Shown: positions 15,486 to 29,316, counted from the stretch's first letter. The stretch: DNA of 64,000 nt from Kudoa neothunni (GCA_964304625.1 OZ199839.1:1487893-1551892), one strand, 5' to 3'. The notes: generated from the letters alone by a model not told the origin. Program-made: numbers and translations.

Positions 15486-18158
15486 CATGGGCTAATCAAA
15501 AAGTATCGAGATTTATTAAATAAAAAGATATATACACAAATATAATGAATTTTTTTAATCTCCCACAACATACTCACCATCCGCATCAGTACATTTTTCC
15601 AGTGTTGCTTGCACTGGAGGAAGCATTATTAAAAATCATTTTTTTTCATTATCTTGAGCTGCTCTGTCGCATTCTCTTTTATTTCCTCAATGGAATGGAA
15701 TCTCCTTCCTTGACGTTGGAATTTAATTTTTGGGAGCCGCATGGAGCAAGATCTGGTGAGTATGGAGGATTCTATAGCTGGGTGAAGTTCACCTTGGCTA
15801 AAACTTTTGGATTTTTAATGACTTGTATGAGGGGAAATTATCGTGATGAAGTATCCAACGTCCACAGGAATTCATGTGGGGTCGTTTACGACGAATGGCA
15901 TCCGTAAATTCCGCAAAACTCTGAGAAAATACTCACTTGTGACTGTAAAAGCTTCAGGTGTGTATTCATAATAAATTTTCCCCGGATTTCAAAAAAAACT
16001 GAATAGTACTTTCATTTTACTCCGAACGTTGGTGGACTCTCTTTGGTCTGGGCGACGATGATGTTTTCCAAATGGAAGATTGAACTTTTGTTTCGGGATC
16101 ATAACCATAAACCCAAGTTTCATCGCCTGTTACGATAAAATTCATGAAGTTATCGTCTGTTGATGAGCATTGAAGTAAATATTGAAGTTATAAATCGCAA
16201 TTCTTTATGTTCGGACGTGAGCATTCGGGGGACAAATTTGGCGGCGGCTCTTCTCATACGAAGATCATCAGTCAAAATAGCTTGACATGATCCAAAAGGT
16301 ATTCCAATATCATTCGCAATTTTCCTAATAGTAAGTATACGTTCAAAATTGATCATATCCTTATTATCATTAATTTTTTCATGATTTCTGCTAGTTAAAG
16401 GTGGACCAGAACTATCCAAACTACCAATCGAACTCCTATTTTCTTTTAATCGGTTATGCCACTCAAAGCCTCTACTTCTACTCATGGGAATGCCTAAAAA
16501 TGCTTTTTGAATCATTTCATAAATTTCGGTACAGCTTATCTCCATTTTGACGCAGAATTTAATACAAATTCTCTGCTAGTAGTTTTCTGACATTCTCGCA
16601 AGCAACGTCGTCCCATTTCTCCACTTAAACAACTACGGTCGAACCTGGATATTGCGCAATTTTTCTAGAATGGGAAAACATTACGCAGTACAAGTTATTA
16701 ATGCAAGCGTTTATGCACAAAAAATAATAATTTATTGGGGTTTAAGATAAAAAATAACTGGTAATTTCAGTTTATTTGCACATACTTTCGATTATTTCAG
16801 GTATGAACTCAAAACTATGTTTTGACAATAATGCTGTTGAGTTTTCTAACAAAAGTTTTATGATTAAATTAATTGATTGTTTGAGTTCCGCAGTTGACAC
16901 AATCGCTTCCTCTTTTAGAAAAGTTGGATCGAAATTTCCTTGAAATTTATCAGATGCATAAGCTTCAGGTAAAGCTATTGACTCCTCATGTATTTTCCCT
17001 CTTCTTCAATATTGTTGGTTTCATCGTATTTTTACCTAAAAGTTAAAGTCTATAAACAATTAAATAATGTGACTAAATTTTCATTATCTGTTAATTAATC
17101 TTTAATTTGGTATATTGTAGTACCAGAGTACAGTGTTCAAAAAATCTAGATTTTCTAAATCAGTTTTGAATTATATTCGATGATACGTTTTCCCATACAT
17201 GATTTAAAGTTTTAGTAAAACTAAAATTATATACTTAATTAAATTTGAATTATCCATATTTATTACGTTGCACTTTTCATATCGTAGTGCAATTTTTTGA
17301 AATTTTACCAAAAACCCATCATAGTTTGATTATTCACATTATTGGATTCATCATGAAATTTTTTTATAATTAATTCCAAATCTATTTTTAAATTCTACGA
17401 ACCAATCGTTACTATCGGTGAATTTGTCAATACCTATGGGTTTAACGATATTTTTTGTCTTTTCAACCATTAAGTAAGCAGGAACAACCTTTTTTTCAAT
17501 TCGCATTTTAGTTATTCATGTATAGAATAAATTAACTAACTCCGTGTACTCGTCTTCTTTTATTTTGTTTGGAGCCGAAATAATAGAATTAATAATATCA
17601 TGCTGAGAAGCTATAATTCTATCAATTGTAGAATGCCTTGCAAATATATTATATAGCTTGAGAAGTTTAAAAGTCATTCCTTTTTCTCTTTTGAGTGATT
17701 TAATCGAATTGTAATATTCGATTATTTCAATTTTTTAAGCCATTGTTCGTTGATTACTTACCATTTTTGTTTCGCAGAATTCAAAAAGGAGATTAATTGA
17801 GAATTAAACTGAACAAAATGTTACGCCGTAGCGAGAGTTGAGTTATAACACACTAACTTAAATTTATACTTCTTTAATCAAATCTTTTTATCTTCGATTG
17901 CTCAGTAAACATCAATTTAAATAGTGTAAAAGCAAAGTTTGAGTAAAAAATTTAAAATATCCTTTATATTTCTATGAATTTGTGAAATTACACAGTATCT
18001 AGGTTCGACTGTAGCCGCTAGATTTTATTATTGATTTGTTAAATTTGTTTTCAAAAATATGCGAATACATATCTTTTACAACATTCTATTTTTTTAATTA
18101 CATCTTGGTCATACGAGGAGATATTTAAAAATTCTCGATACTTTTTGATTTTCCCAGG
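15486..18158 (-). mobile_element. Mariner transposon with defective transposase (~15560-16592)
   Basis: TIR CATGGGCTAATCAAAAAGTATCGAGA with inverted copy at 18133-18158 and TA TSD. Motifs QRICIKFCVK, AAKFVPRML, VTGDETWVYGYDPETK, LHHDN and PYSPDLAPCG (third catalytic Asp changed to Gly). Contains stops and frameshifts. Confidence 0.93.
16636..18011 (-). mobile_element. Tigger/pogo-like transposon remnant nested in the mariner 5' region
   Basis: TIRs CGGTCGAACCTGGATATTGCGCAATTT and CAGTCGAACCTAGATACTGTGTAATTT with TA TSDs. Minus strand encodes a degraded psq/CENP-B HTH (KIEIIEYY...STIDRII) and a QTEITSYF-like C-terminus. Confidence 0.8.
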
Positions 18159-18743
18159 TATGATGGGTGAAGAATCAAAAAATGAATAAAATTATTGTAG
18201 CTGTCTCCATACTTTCCGTGTTTTAAATCGAACGAATAAATTTTTTATGGGCTTAAATCCATAATGAAAATAACATAGCCGAAAATTCATAGACTCGATT
18301 GAGTGTATTGAGAAAAGCCAAAAGGGTATTTCATCAACATATTGCTGAAACTATCTAAAACATTTCAAGTTTTAATGTTTCTGTTCTTCAAAATGAAAAC
18401 AAATTAACCTTTAGAAGTATTTTGGAGCATACATACGATTAATTATCTTTTTTGTGTTTATTGACAAAATTTTTAATGCCGCAGGAAATTTTCAGGTTTT
18501 CTGAACATTAAAACAGCTTAATTGAGTATAATTACAAAATATTCCAGAAACTTGCAACTTGATGGAGAAATACTGTATTAATCCTTATGGCTCATTACTG
18601 GATCTACAATCAATTTGTTTTCAACCTTAAAAAGGCTCAAATTTTGTTGCAATTCTACGTGAGTGAATACCAAAATATTTTTATCATTTTGTTCCATTAA
18701 AAAAATCATTATTTTTGTTTGTTTAAAGCTTTGTTGGTATTAA

Positions 18744-19723
18744 CTTTCTAATGATTTTGGGGTGTATTACCCAAACATTATTAAAACCAATAATAACTTA
18801 TCTTTCATGTTCTTTTCACGAGGTTAAACTCAGGATATTTTAATAGATTAATTTGAAATTTCATTTTGTCAGATCTGATTAAAAAATAGATTATATAGGA
18901 TCAATAAAAAAATATGTTCAAGCGATTTTTAGGGTGTAATACACCCCGGTTTTTTATTGATTGGAAACGATATTGCTTATGCCTTGGTATGAAAAAGTTT
19001 AGGAGAATATTATCGAGTAGATTTTCATTAGGTCTGAAGTTCGCAATTTTAATTTTCGCAAGTTCCGTGTTGTTAATGGCGTGCAGCTCTAAAGACTACA
19101 ATAGTGAAAACCAATCATCTGGTAATGATTCGGATGATTTTGTTGTTGGATCTGTGATAAATTCAGACGAATTCATCGAAATCCACTCCTCTGCCGGATC
19201 ATTGAAAAATAATAATAATGTTGTGTGGAATTTAAATCAAGAACTTCTTTTGAAAACATTATGCATAGTCATCCAGAACCAACAAATTACTATCGTCAAC
19301 GGATTAAATGTATTTATGATGATTTGTTATTTTCTATAACCTAAATATTTATTGTGAAATAATGAATTATTCCAATTTATTTGTAAAAACATATTATAAG
19401 GAGCATTAGTAGGAGATTGATGGAGTCGAATCAACATATACCTAGTAATTCTGATCTCAATGGTTATCCATAAAGATAGACAAGAACGACTTTGTGTATT
19501 GTTTAGTGTAGATGATGGTAGAAAAATATATCGTCACATTTTATCGCTACGAAAATCTAGGTGGGTGCCAAGGGCCTTGTATTTCGACGATGCTAGGATG
19601 CTAGACCCAAGAGAAGAGGCGAACTAGCAATAAATTTTGTTCCGTCAGTGGGGTGTAACTATTGTTGAGCGGTTGGTAGCGTTAAGAGGATGATTTCCTC
19701 TCAAGCAATATTTGCCTCCAAAG
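18744..19723 (+). mobile_element. piggyBac transposon remnant (5' part), cut by a hAT insertion
   Basis: TTAA-flanked end at 18740-18744, then an acidic N-terminal stretch, ALYFDD (canonical LRFDD) and VTIVERLVALRG*FPLKQYLPPK (canonical VTIDEQLVAFRGRCPFRQYIPSK). Confidence 0.8.
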
Positions 19724-20891
19724 CAGCGGTTCTTAACCTTTATTCCTTGCGGATCCGTAATGTGTTCAATTGACTTTACACGGTTCCCACCTATTTCAAT
19801 GCATGTTCAAACGTACCTTAAATAGTTGAACCCTTTCATTCACATTGTCTATCTTAGTGGACATATGAAAAAGATCCTAAATTATTTATTTTTAAAAGAA
19901 TAAAATTCTAATTGTATATAATTTTAATACTAGTTTAGTATAACAAGTTCTCGATGCAAAAGAAAAATTTGGGAACGAGAGGGTTAATTTAAGTTACTCA
20001 TCTAAATCCCCAATTTTATTGAAATATTTATTATGTAAATTAAATACGAAGTAGTTTTGTTTGTAAATCATAAATTTTTAATCATTTGGAAATGAATTAT
20101 TTTTAATACTAAAACAAAAAATTGACAACGATTAAATCATTCTCAGTGATTTTTGTTGGAAAATATTAGAACACTAACCGAGTATAAACAATGACGCGCA
20201 ACATATTCAAAGAAATATATTTATGAAATTTTTTAAATCGTCATATACACATATTTAAATATTAAAAGTAAAATCCATAAAAAAATTTCAACGAGAAAAA
20301 TTCTCTTATAATAATAGGAATATTTTGCTATACATCGTCTTTTTTGATTAGTGATGGTGTTTATTAAAATAGAGTGAAAAAGTATTATCATATAATAGAA
20401 TTCGAATTTAATACAAAACGCATATTTCTTATATATAATAATAAACACTATTGAATATTTAATGATATTTTTGTCAACAAGACTACGAAAATTTGACAAT
20501 GCTTTCGAAACAACCAACAAACATATAAACGATGTCGTAATTTTGTTTTTATGGTATCAAGTGAGGAAAATCTAGATCCGCAAAAATAGGTTGCTGTAAA
20601 AGGAGTAATTATTCTGATTGCGTAACCTTCATCATTAATAAACACCTGTTTAAATTTTGTTTATCGAATAACTTGTTTGTATGGATTTTTTTTGTCAAAA
20701 TAAATTTAACACAAAATTTTATGACAAATATAAAATATTAATAAAAGATAATAACACAAAGATATATTAGAAACTTTAATAATTACATTAACACTAAAAA
20801 ATACCTAATTACAAGGAATGTGTGTTGATAAGATAGGATTCAAATTCGATTGAAATCACCCACGGACAGACCTCAGGTTAAGAACCGCATG
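19724..20891 (-). mobile_element. hAT (Buster/Charlie-like) deletion derivative
   Basis: TIR CAGCGGTTCTTAACCT with inverted AGGTTAAGAACCGCATG. ORF 20448-20645 (AIRIITPFTATYFCGSRFSSLDTIKTKLRHRL) matches the hAT C-terminal dimerisation region. No clear 8-bp TSD. Confidence 0.82.
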
Positions 20892-21673
20892 TTTAATGAC
20901 TTTAATATAGAATTCCTTTATTCCTCAAGGCAGCCCTGTTAGATCCAACTAGTACTTTGTAGATGGGATAAATATGTGCTTAATCGGATGTTTTTATAAT
21001 AAAACAAAAACAATCGCACGCTATTAGTGATCTTAATGTTATTTCCAAACAAATCAAAAATTATATGAAAAATTATTGGAAAGGTAAAGTTGGAATCAAA
21101 AAATACACCGTATCGATGTCTCGCTTAGATCATGCGCGCACATGGTTACACAATAGCGAAAACCGGATAATTTAGCAAATCAGATATGTTAAAATAATTT
21201 AATAATATTTACAACATTTTAACATACTGTATTAAAGTAATTTCAACTATCCTTGGTAGTCTCTATATGGAACATATATATCACGACACTTAACAGATAA
21301 CGGTAGTTGCCGACAATAAAGAATTAACCTTTCTACAATCTAAAAAATTGTATATGATAACATATATTTCTTAAAAAGCATTTTTTGTGGTATTTGGATA
21401 ATTAATATAATAACAATGAGGCTGCATCTTCAAATATTAAAAATGAAGAGAGAGCTTCGAAAATTCGTTAGGAGGATTAATGTTCTCTGGGAAAAGTGAG
21501 AAAATAAATAGAAAATTCATAAAATACCTCTAAAAATAATAGATTGGCCTCGTTTATTCCACTAGGGGAAACATCACTATAAACAGGTGGCCTGCTCCGA
21601 AAGAGAAAAAATTACACATGAAATAATACTTAATTTATTAAGAGACTTAAAGTCGATAACAAACGAAAAGAAA

Positions 21674-23895
21674 ATGTCAGAAAAGCTTGAGGAGGCTGAG
21701 ATTTCACTGATTTCAGAAGAAAATAGCCGTGCAACCTCAAGAAGTGAATTTATTGACGAATGTGAAATTTTCAAGTCTGGTATAAAGTAATCGTCAAAAT
21801 CAACTAATACTAATTATTATACTTGAAAATCATTTTCAAATTTTCTATATCAATAATAGAGATATCCATGTGTGTAGTATGCTATATAATCAACATGGTG
21901 AAGATATTTTTAAAAAATTTGATGAGTTTGGCAATGGCGTGCTGCATTGGGCTGCATTACGTGGCAACTTGAATATAATCACAATGGTCGTATCAGGAGG
22001 AAAAACTCACAATCCAAACGATCTAAATGAGACAAATGTTGTCAATTTGAACGTGATCGCAGAGAACGATTCCAAGTCTCATCCAATTCATTGGGCTTGC
22101 GATGTTGGACATATGCATGTGGTTGAGTTGTTTTTGAGATTGGGAGTCGACATAAATGTGTTGGACTCGAAAGATTACACACCTCAAATGATTGCCATCC
22201 AGAATAATCATATATTGTTGACAATTTTCCTCACATCTAAAGGTACAGATATCAATCATGTGGATAGTAGTGGTGACAATTGTTTGCATTGGTCGGCCTA
22301 TATGGGTATGTGAAAAATTTGTGTGTGTGTTGTTTGCAATCACCTCACTAACATTCCACTAATTGTCAGGGAATTTGAAATTAGTCAAATACTTCCTTGA
22401 ATCGAATCACATGAATCCTTCGTTAAAAGATAATTTCAATCAAGTAAACAAACTGATTAAATTCTATTCGTAGATAATAGTTTAAATAAAAATTTATTCT
22501 TTGTAGAACTGTTTACATTTGGCTTGTTTGAGTGGAAATGTAGAATTGATTGAATTTCTAGTTGAAGAGGTATTCAATTAATGGTAGGATAAATTTAATT
22601 AATGTGAAGATGAGGATGGACTATTTGGAATGTGGAAACAATGGAAAAAATTGTTTCGATATAGTGAAAGAAAAGAACCACTTGAAGGCCATTGAATTTT
22701 TCAAAAAATTGTCTCCAACATTTTCCGAACAAGAACACACTGCTACTCCCATGGAAAACATGTCACTTAGTGATGTTCAGTCAGTGAAAGATTTTATTAT
22801 TTACACACACAATATCTATCACAAAATGCCTCCAAAATTGTAATTTACCTCATTTATAACACATCAAAGTTATTCGCTATATCTGATTTGTCGTATAGAG
22901 TTTCTTTATGGGGTAGTTACAACAACATTGAAGTGATGTCAATGGCATCAAGATCATTTTTTTGGTTGAATTGTGTGATTGTCCTCTTCGGCTTCGCTGA
23001 ACAGTTTTATGTATGGTTTCTATTCTAAAAAATTTTTTCAATGCATCATATCTAGATGTCGTCTTTTACTTACTCATATTTCATCTTTTTCCTTTTCAAT
23101 TACTTGTTGATGATTATATTTTTTATCAAATTATCAAAAGTGAATAATGATATATCCTGCTTGAACAATATGGATTCATACAAAAAAACCATGGATCAGG
23201 TAATAATTACTTAAAAAAATTAATGTTACACATTTAATTTAATTGTAATAGTTATAATTGATTATTTGATGAATTTAAAATTTAGATTTCAACCAAAAAT
23301 GACTGTAGTATTCAGCTAATTAATACACCTAAACTCTGTCACAAATGCTGTGTAGTACAACCTGAAGATTGTGAACACTGTATTATTTGTGGGAAATGCG
23401 TAAATGAAGTGATGTTTCATGATTTCACTTTTGGTAAATGCATAACTAAAAACTCCATGTATATGAATCGTCTTTTAATTGTTGGGGAAAATGAACGGAG
23501 ATTGTAATTCTTGCTTAGGGGGATATACTTTGCTTTTGTTTTCCACAGATCTGTATTGTTTTCAATCTTAGCCGTTAGCTACATATATCATTCGGGATTG
23601 TGGAACAGATTTTTCCGCTTTGTTTTTGTAGGCTACTTAATCGTATGTGCGATCTCATTTACTTACACATTTTTGGCAACAGTAATTTTTTGTTTTTATT
23701 AGTTTAAATGTCACTGATTATTTAAATTAGACGGTCTTGTTGATTGGTGACAGTTTCGTCAATATGGTAGCACCCAGGCTAGTAAAACGTGAAAATTTCG
23801 GTTCCCTCCCAAAAAAAGGTTCCATGAAGGAAAGGGGATTAAAGGTTTTCCTTAGAAGAGACTTGGTTACTACATACAAATCATTATTTTCTTAG
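21674..23895 (+). CDS. Ankyrin-repeat DHHC-family protein, paralog 2; catalytic motif degenerate (MFHD)
   Basis: Same exon-intron layout as 12966-15193. Cys-rich domain CHKC-x9-HCIICGKCVNEVMFHDFTFGKC. Ends in TAG at 23893-23895. Confidence 0.9.
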
Positions 23896-26800
23896 TATTT
23901 TCATGAGTGTACTTTTCTTTGATAAATTTTAAAGACTATGCTTTTTAAACTGTATTCTCGATAATATATAATTATTGCATCTACAGAAAAATATATTTTT
24001 TAAGAATATTTATATTATTAAGTAGTTGTTGTAATTATATTTCTACCAGTCGTTTGTTCATTGTGTATCATAATCGTATACGAATGCTAGTAGGTTTTTA
24101 TATCCAAAAAAAATAAAATTTTGGTAGGTAAGAATGACTTTCGAACCCAGTTATTCCATTCGCCTTTATATGATCCACTTTTTCGTTAAAGATGGATTCG
24201 TCGAAAAAAAATAATTTTATATTATAGCTAGAACTTTAAAAATCGAGGATGATTATGTGTTGAAGTGAGGATTTAAGCAAACATATACATCATTTCGTTA
24301 AAATGTTAAAAAATTAACGTTAAACGTATCATAGTGTTTATTTTACTTTAAAATTATTGAAAAGTAATTTAGTAATCGAATTAGTTCAAATAAAAAAGGT
24401 AATATTAGGTTATATCGCCAAGCATTAATATGAAATTCATTTGTTGATGTTTAACAAGATTAGTCCAATTCATATGGTATGATTTAGAGACTACTGTGAA
24501 CAACAATGAGAAATTCGATTTTTAGGATCTCTAAAGAGGAAATTTTAAACACTCAGTAGTGTTTATTCCTTTTTAAAAATATTAAATAAGGTTCCTGCGT
24601 CCAATTATTTAAGGTAAGTTAATTAAATACAATTTAGGACTAACTACAGTAACTGTACAGGAACTTAGTGCGGCACCGACCTACTATCGGAACAAAGTCG
24701 TTTCTTACAATTTGTCCTACTAATTGATTTCTCTTTCAAAAATCTTCCATATTTCATTATATCATAAAAAATAACATTAAATAACTGAAATTCAGATCGA
24801 AAAATAACTTTAAAACCCTAAACCGAGCATATTCAGATTCTAATGTAGTTTCCATTTTATTTAGAAAAAGTTTAAAATTCTTTTACTTTTTGTGTTAAAC
24901 ATAGTTACTTACATTTATTACTCTAAAATTTGTTTATAATAAATAATAGAGACCAATCAAATAACTCGTTGGTTGTCGCTTTTTATATTTTAATGCATTA
25001 CAACATTAAAATAAATTAAAGCAAGCTCATGTGATATTTAAGTTTACTTTCTTGAAACGTACATTTTTATGAACGTACTATGTACAACACAACAATTAAA
25101 TGTCAAGACACCTAAATGGGTCATATATTCACATACCAAAGGATGGTATTTCAGTAGATTATAAATATATGACGTAGTGTTACATTCTATATTCAAAAAC
25201 TAGGTAACAGATTTTTATTTTTAGGTTTTACGTCATTTTTGTATTGCTGCGATAAACAAAAAATGCCGTTGACTTATTAACATCCATGATTGATTTAACT
25301 TAAAATACTTAAAAATAATACATTTGGGGTTGTGATAATTGCTCTACTTTAAAGTTAATTTTAATTAAAATATAATTATTGAATATTTTTGTTTTTAGTT
25401 ACTTAATATATATAAATAAAAAGATAACTTGATAAAATAAATTAAAAATTTTCATGTGTGAATTTTGGAACAAATATTGTTATAAAATTTTTGTATTCAT
25501 GAATAAATTGCCCAAAAAATTTATAAACTAAAAACCATATTTAGTTACGCTATCGTTAAATTTAAATATCTTCGTTCTAATTTGGACTATAATAAATCAG
25601 AAAGGTCTGGTTTTAAAATACGAAGTCAATATTGAACATTTACAAACTTTTACTAATAGATACAAATAACAAAAATTCAGTGAACAATTAAAGACTTCGA
25701 ATTTGTTAAAATTATAGAGTCAAAAATAATTTTTTTGATGTATTTATTAACAGCATAGGCATTCCACGTGAATCCAAATATGTCCGACATAAGATTTATT
25801 TCTGGTTGATATATGAATTCTTTTTGAGCTAAATTTAACTACACGATGTAATTTTTTGTGATAAGATCAAAAATGAAAAAACTTTTTAAAAAAGAGTGAA
25901 CTAACAGGGCGAATTGTTGGAAACGACTTTATTTCCGATTTTGTATGCGACACCGCCCGAAGTTCGTACACACATAATGTAGTACTCTATTTTAGTTGTT
26001 ATTTAAAAAAAATAAGGCACTGCTGAATTTGATGAGAAAATATCTTCTAACATTTATTACAGAAATACACTGTGAACGAATCACATAATCTTGTTAATAC
26101 ATTGACTTAATGCCTTCGAAACCAACCCTCGATTGCTTGAAGCCCTAATTATAGCTAATCATACTCTGGAATCGATTTCAGATTCCACATTACAGTTTTA
26201 AATAGTAAACGTACTATAGTTAGATTTATCTATTTTCGACATGGGTCAGTCTGTACTTTATAATGGCGCTGTAATTATTAAACATAGTTCAACTTTGTTT
26301 ATTTCAGCTTATCTTGATATAAATTTTGTTGGGTTTATTGAGAAAATTTTGTTAAATGACTAGTTATTTTATTATAAAAATTTGACATGTTAAACAATGT
26401 TAATATGTATTTTTTAGGATTAGAAATAATTTAAATTATAAATAATTTTTGAATATATATTATTGTTGTAATTAATTGAATACATCCTCTTGTGTTAATA
26501 CAATGCAACTTCTATACATTTTATTAGGTTGTAGAGTTTTGGTTGATTAGATCCAACTCCATGGACGTTCTAAGCACTGCAGAGAATAGCATGTGACCCC
26601 TTGACATATCTTCTGGGGTAGAGCGTGAATCACCTCATTAAACATATTCTTCTTTAACGACCATCACCTTAAACTTAACATATGAAAAGGAATTGACAGC
26701 AGAAACTTTATTACCTAATACACTTATCGCTATTTCAAATGTCTAACCAAACCTACCTTCTTGATCAATCTATAACTTCAGAAAATCGCAGGTAACAATG

Positions 26801-28102
26801 AGCTTGAACATTTACTAATGTCCTAATTGTGGATTATTTGTACGTAGCACAGAAGCGATGCCACATAAATGCTGGGATTTCTTTTAATTTTTTAAATGAA
26901 ATATGGTCTACAGCAATAAAAGACAAGAAAACCAGATTAAAACATTAAGGACAATGTATCTATTGAGGTAAACTGAAATTTCTTAATATTGCAACATTTT
27001 CAGCCAAAATTTGTAATCTAACTAAGAGGTCTTCAAACTAAAGCTTTCCGACATTTTTAATGTGACCCCCAAAGTTTACGATAACAAATATAAAAATGTT
27101 TCAGTAGATTTGTTTAAGATTTGACGTTATAAACTGTATCAAAATTGGCGAAATCCATAAATAAATTAAAGTCATTCCTATTAAAAATTGTGTTTATAGC
27201 TAAACTGAACCGTGGGCGGCGCTTATGCTCGTAATTTGTAACACAGTACTATTCATCGCATGAGAGAAATATATGGAAATATTAAAAAATTTACTTTTTA
27301 ATTAATTTTAATTATATTAAGTCAATTTATCATTACATTGATACATATGTAACACGCTTTAAAATAAAATTTATCGTAAATATTATAAATCTAAACATTA
27401 ATTCGAATATTCAAAATAACCAGGAATAATTCGTACGGAGAAACATAAAATTACATGAAGAATTTTTGTCTCGGTTTTTATTACAAAAATTATAGAATAA
27501 AATGAAGCAGAAATAGAGCCAATTTTTGTGTGGCTCTGGAGTAACAACTTTGTTTGATTGTGACCCTCGTGTAATGAAAATCTCTTCGCCAAACTGGCGC
27601 TGATTAGAAATATCTCCGCTTATTTTTGAGTTTAATATATAATTCTTAACATTAAGATAATTAGAAAAAATAAAATAATTATAAAACTTAAGGAAAACTA
27701 AGTTTTAATAGAAAGAAGCGCAAAATCATATGCACATATCTCGATATTACGTAAAATATTTTTTCTTATGTAAATATCCTTCCGAACAAATTACGCAGTA
27801 TTCAATGTCGGCTGCAAATTGTATTTAAATTATGCTCATTCAGGTATATCACTAATTTCAAAAATTAAATTAAACTACTCTGAGTTCAGTTAAATATGTT
27901 AAATTTTACATTAATGAACAGCACGAATAAGTTTCACCTTATAGAATGTATTATAGATAGATCGTTTTTATTTTAAAATCCATTTGAAGAATCATGGGTC
28001 ATTTTATAGTGTAAGCTTCCAAAATCGATATTTTGCCTAAGCGTAACAAAAAATAGCGTTAATGAATGAAAAACAAAAACTAAATAGATTGCTGAATGAA
28101 TT

Positions 28103-29316
28103 TTAACGATTGTTGGGGAAATTAATAAATGCAGTAAATACTGGAATCTGTTTTTCATCATTCCAAATAAGGTAGAGAAATGGTCGATTAACTTCGAAAA
28201 TGACAGGTCTAGCAGGCATACAATACGTGTTCATTACAACTGCAGTTGCGACAGCTGCCACGGTTTCTTCTTCATCAACTATGACTTTTGCAGATTGAAG
28301 TATTGCGGACACAGAAATATCTTCCTCAGTAATTCCACTGAAATCGCAGCGACTAGGATCGAAAATTATACCTAGATTCTTCCCTCCGTTAGACGTTTGG
28401 TCAGAGAGAAAATTTTTAAAGTTTAAATCATATGCAACTGAAAATTTAGGTAAAGAAAGTCTCACGGACTCATAATGAGATTTTTCTAGTTCAGAAATTG
28501 TTTCCAAGATCTAAAAATAATTAGAAAATAAAATATAATACCACAAAAATTCACGATTTCAGATTGAAAGAGTTGTCTGTATGAATCTCTTATGGGCGGT
28601 AAAATCAAAATGGCAGCATACTCTTTACTGTTGAACGGCAGTTTAATGGAGTGAATATCTAGTATGTCATCATAAAAATATTTGAATTCTTGTTTTTGTC
28701 GCATATACTGCACTTTAACGGTAGACTTATTGTTTAGATAAAATTCACCCAAAGTTGTTTTAGTTTTGTCAAAAGGATACAACCATTTGGCCTTGAATAA
28801 TGCGGTATTTATTAGAATCACCGAAGTAAGATGTATGATGCAATCAGCATTTTTTATCATGTCATTGATGAGATGATTGGTTGCTTCAGATATCCATTGA
28901 TCGATGAGGGTGACACTGGCTTCAACATCACGAAAATTTACATGTTTTATTGTGGTATCAAATAATCGGGTAACATTATCAATGTAATCTTTTTTGATAT
29001 GGCCAGAAGTAAACACACCATTATTAAGATCCAATAGCGAGTCACTATGTCCCTTAATTTGTTTGAAGGTAGCAATATTTGAATATTTTGATTTTGGTTG
29101 GTCAAGTTGTGCGAGCAACTTGTAATTAACTCTGGTAACTTCATACAGAGCGCTGTAGGTTTGTGCTTTCGAGCCAAGTTGTAGTATAGTTAATAGTTGA
29201 TAAAGACTTGGAGATGAAAATACCATATTTTGAGACCAATTATTATTCTCTCCAGCATAGCAAAGGAATTCAAATGAAAGTTTAACGATGACATTGGCAA
29301 TAGCTTCATTATCCAT
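28103..29316 (-). CDS. Serpin, 2 exons, no obvious signal peptide
   Basis: Motifs NMVFSSPSLY, INTALFKAKWLYPFD, VKVQYM, LPKF, hinge/RCL VDEEETVAAVATAVVMNTYCM and FEVNRPFLYLI. One GT-AG intron at ~28511-28554 joins the two ORFs. Confidence 0.96.

Larger units (their letters stand above)
15450..18575. mobile_element. Outer Tc1/mariner-type non-autonomous element (~27-bp TIRs, TA flanks) that hosts the nested mariner
   Basis: AAATATTTCTCGATGAAGTTGCAAGTT at 15450 matches the reverse complement CAGTATTTCTCCATCAAGTTGCAAGTT ending at 18575. Both are flanked by TA. Confidence 0.6.

Noticed and set aside
15545-15907. 120-aa plus-strand ORF
   Set aside because: It is the antisense frame of the mariner transposase C-terminus.
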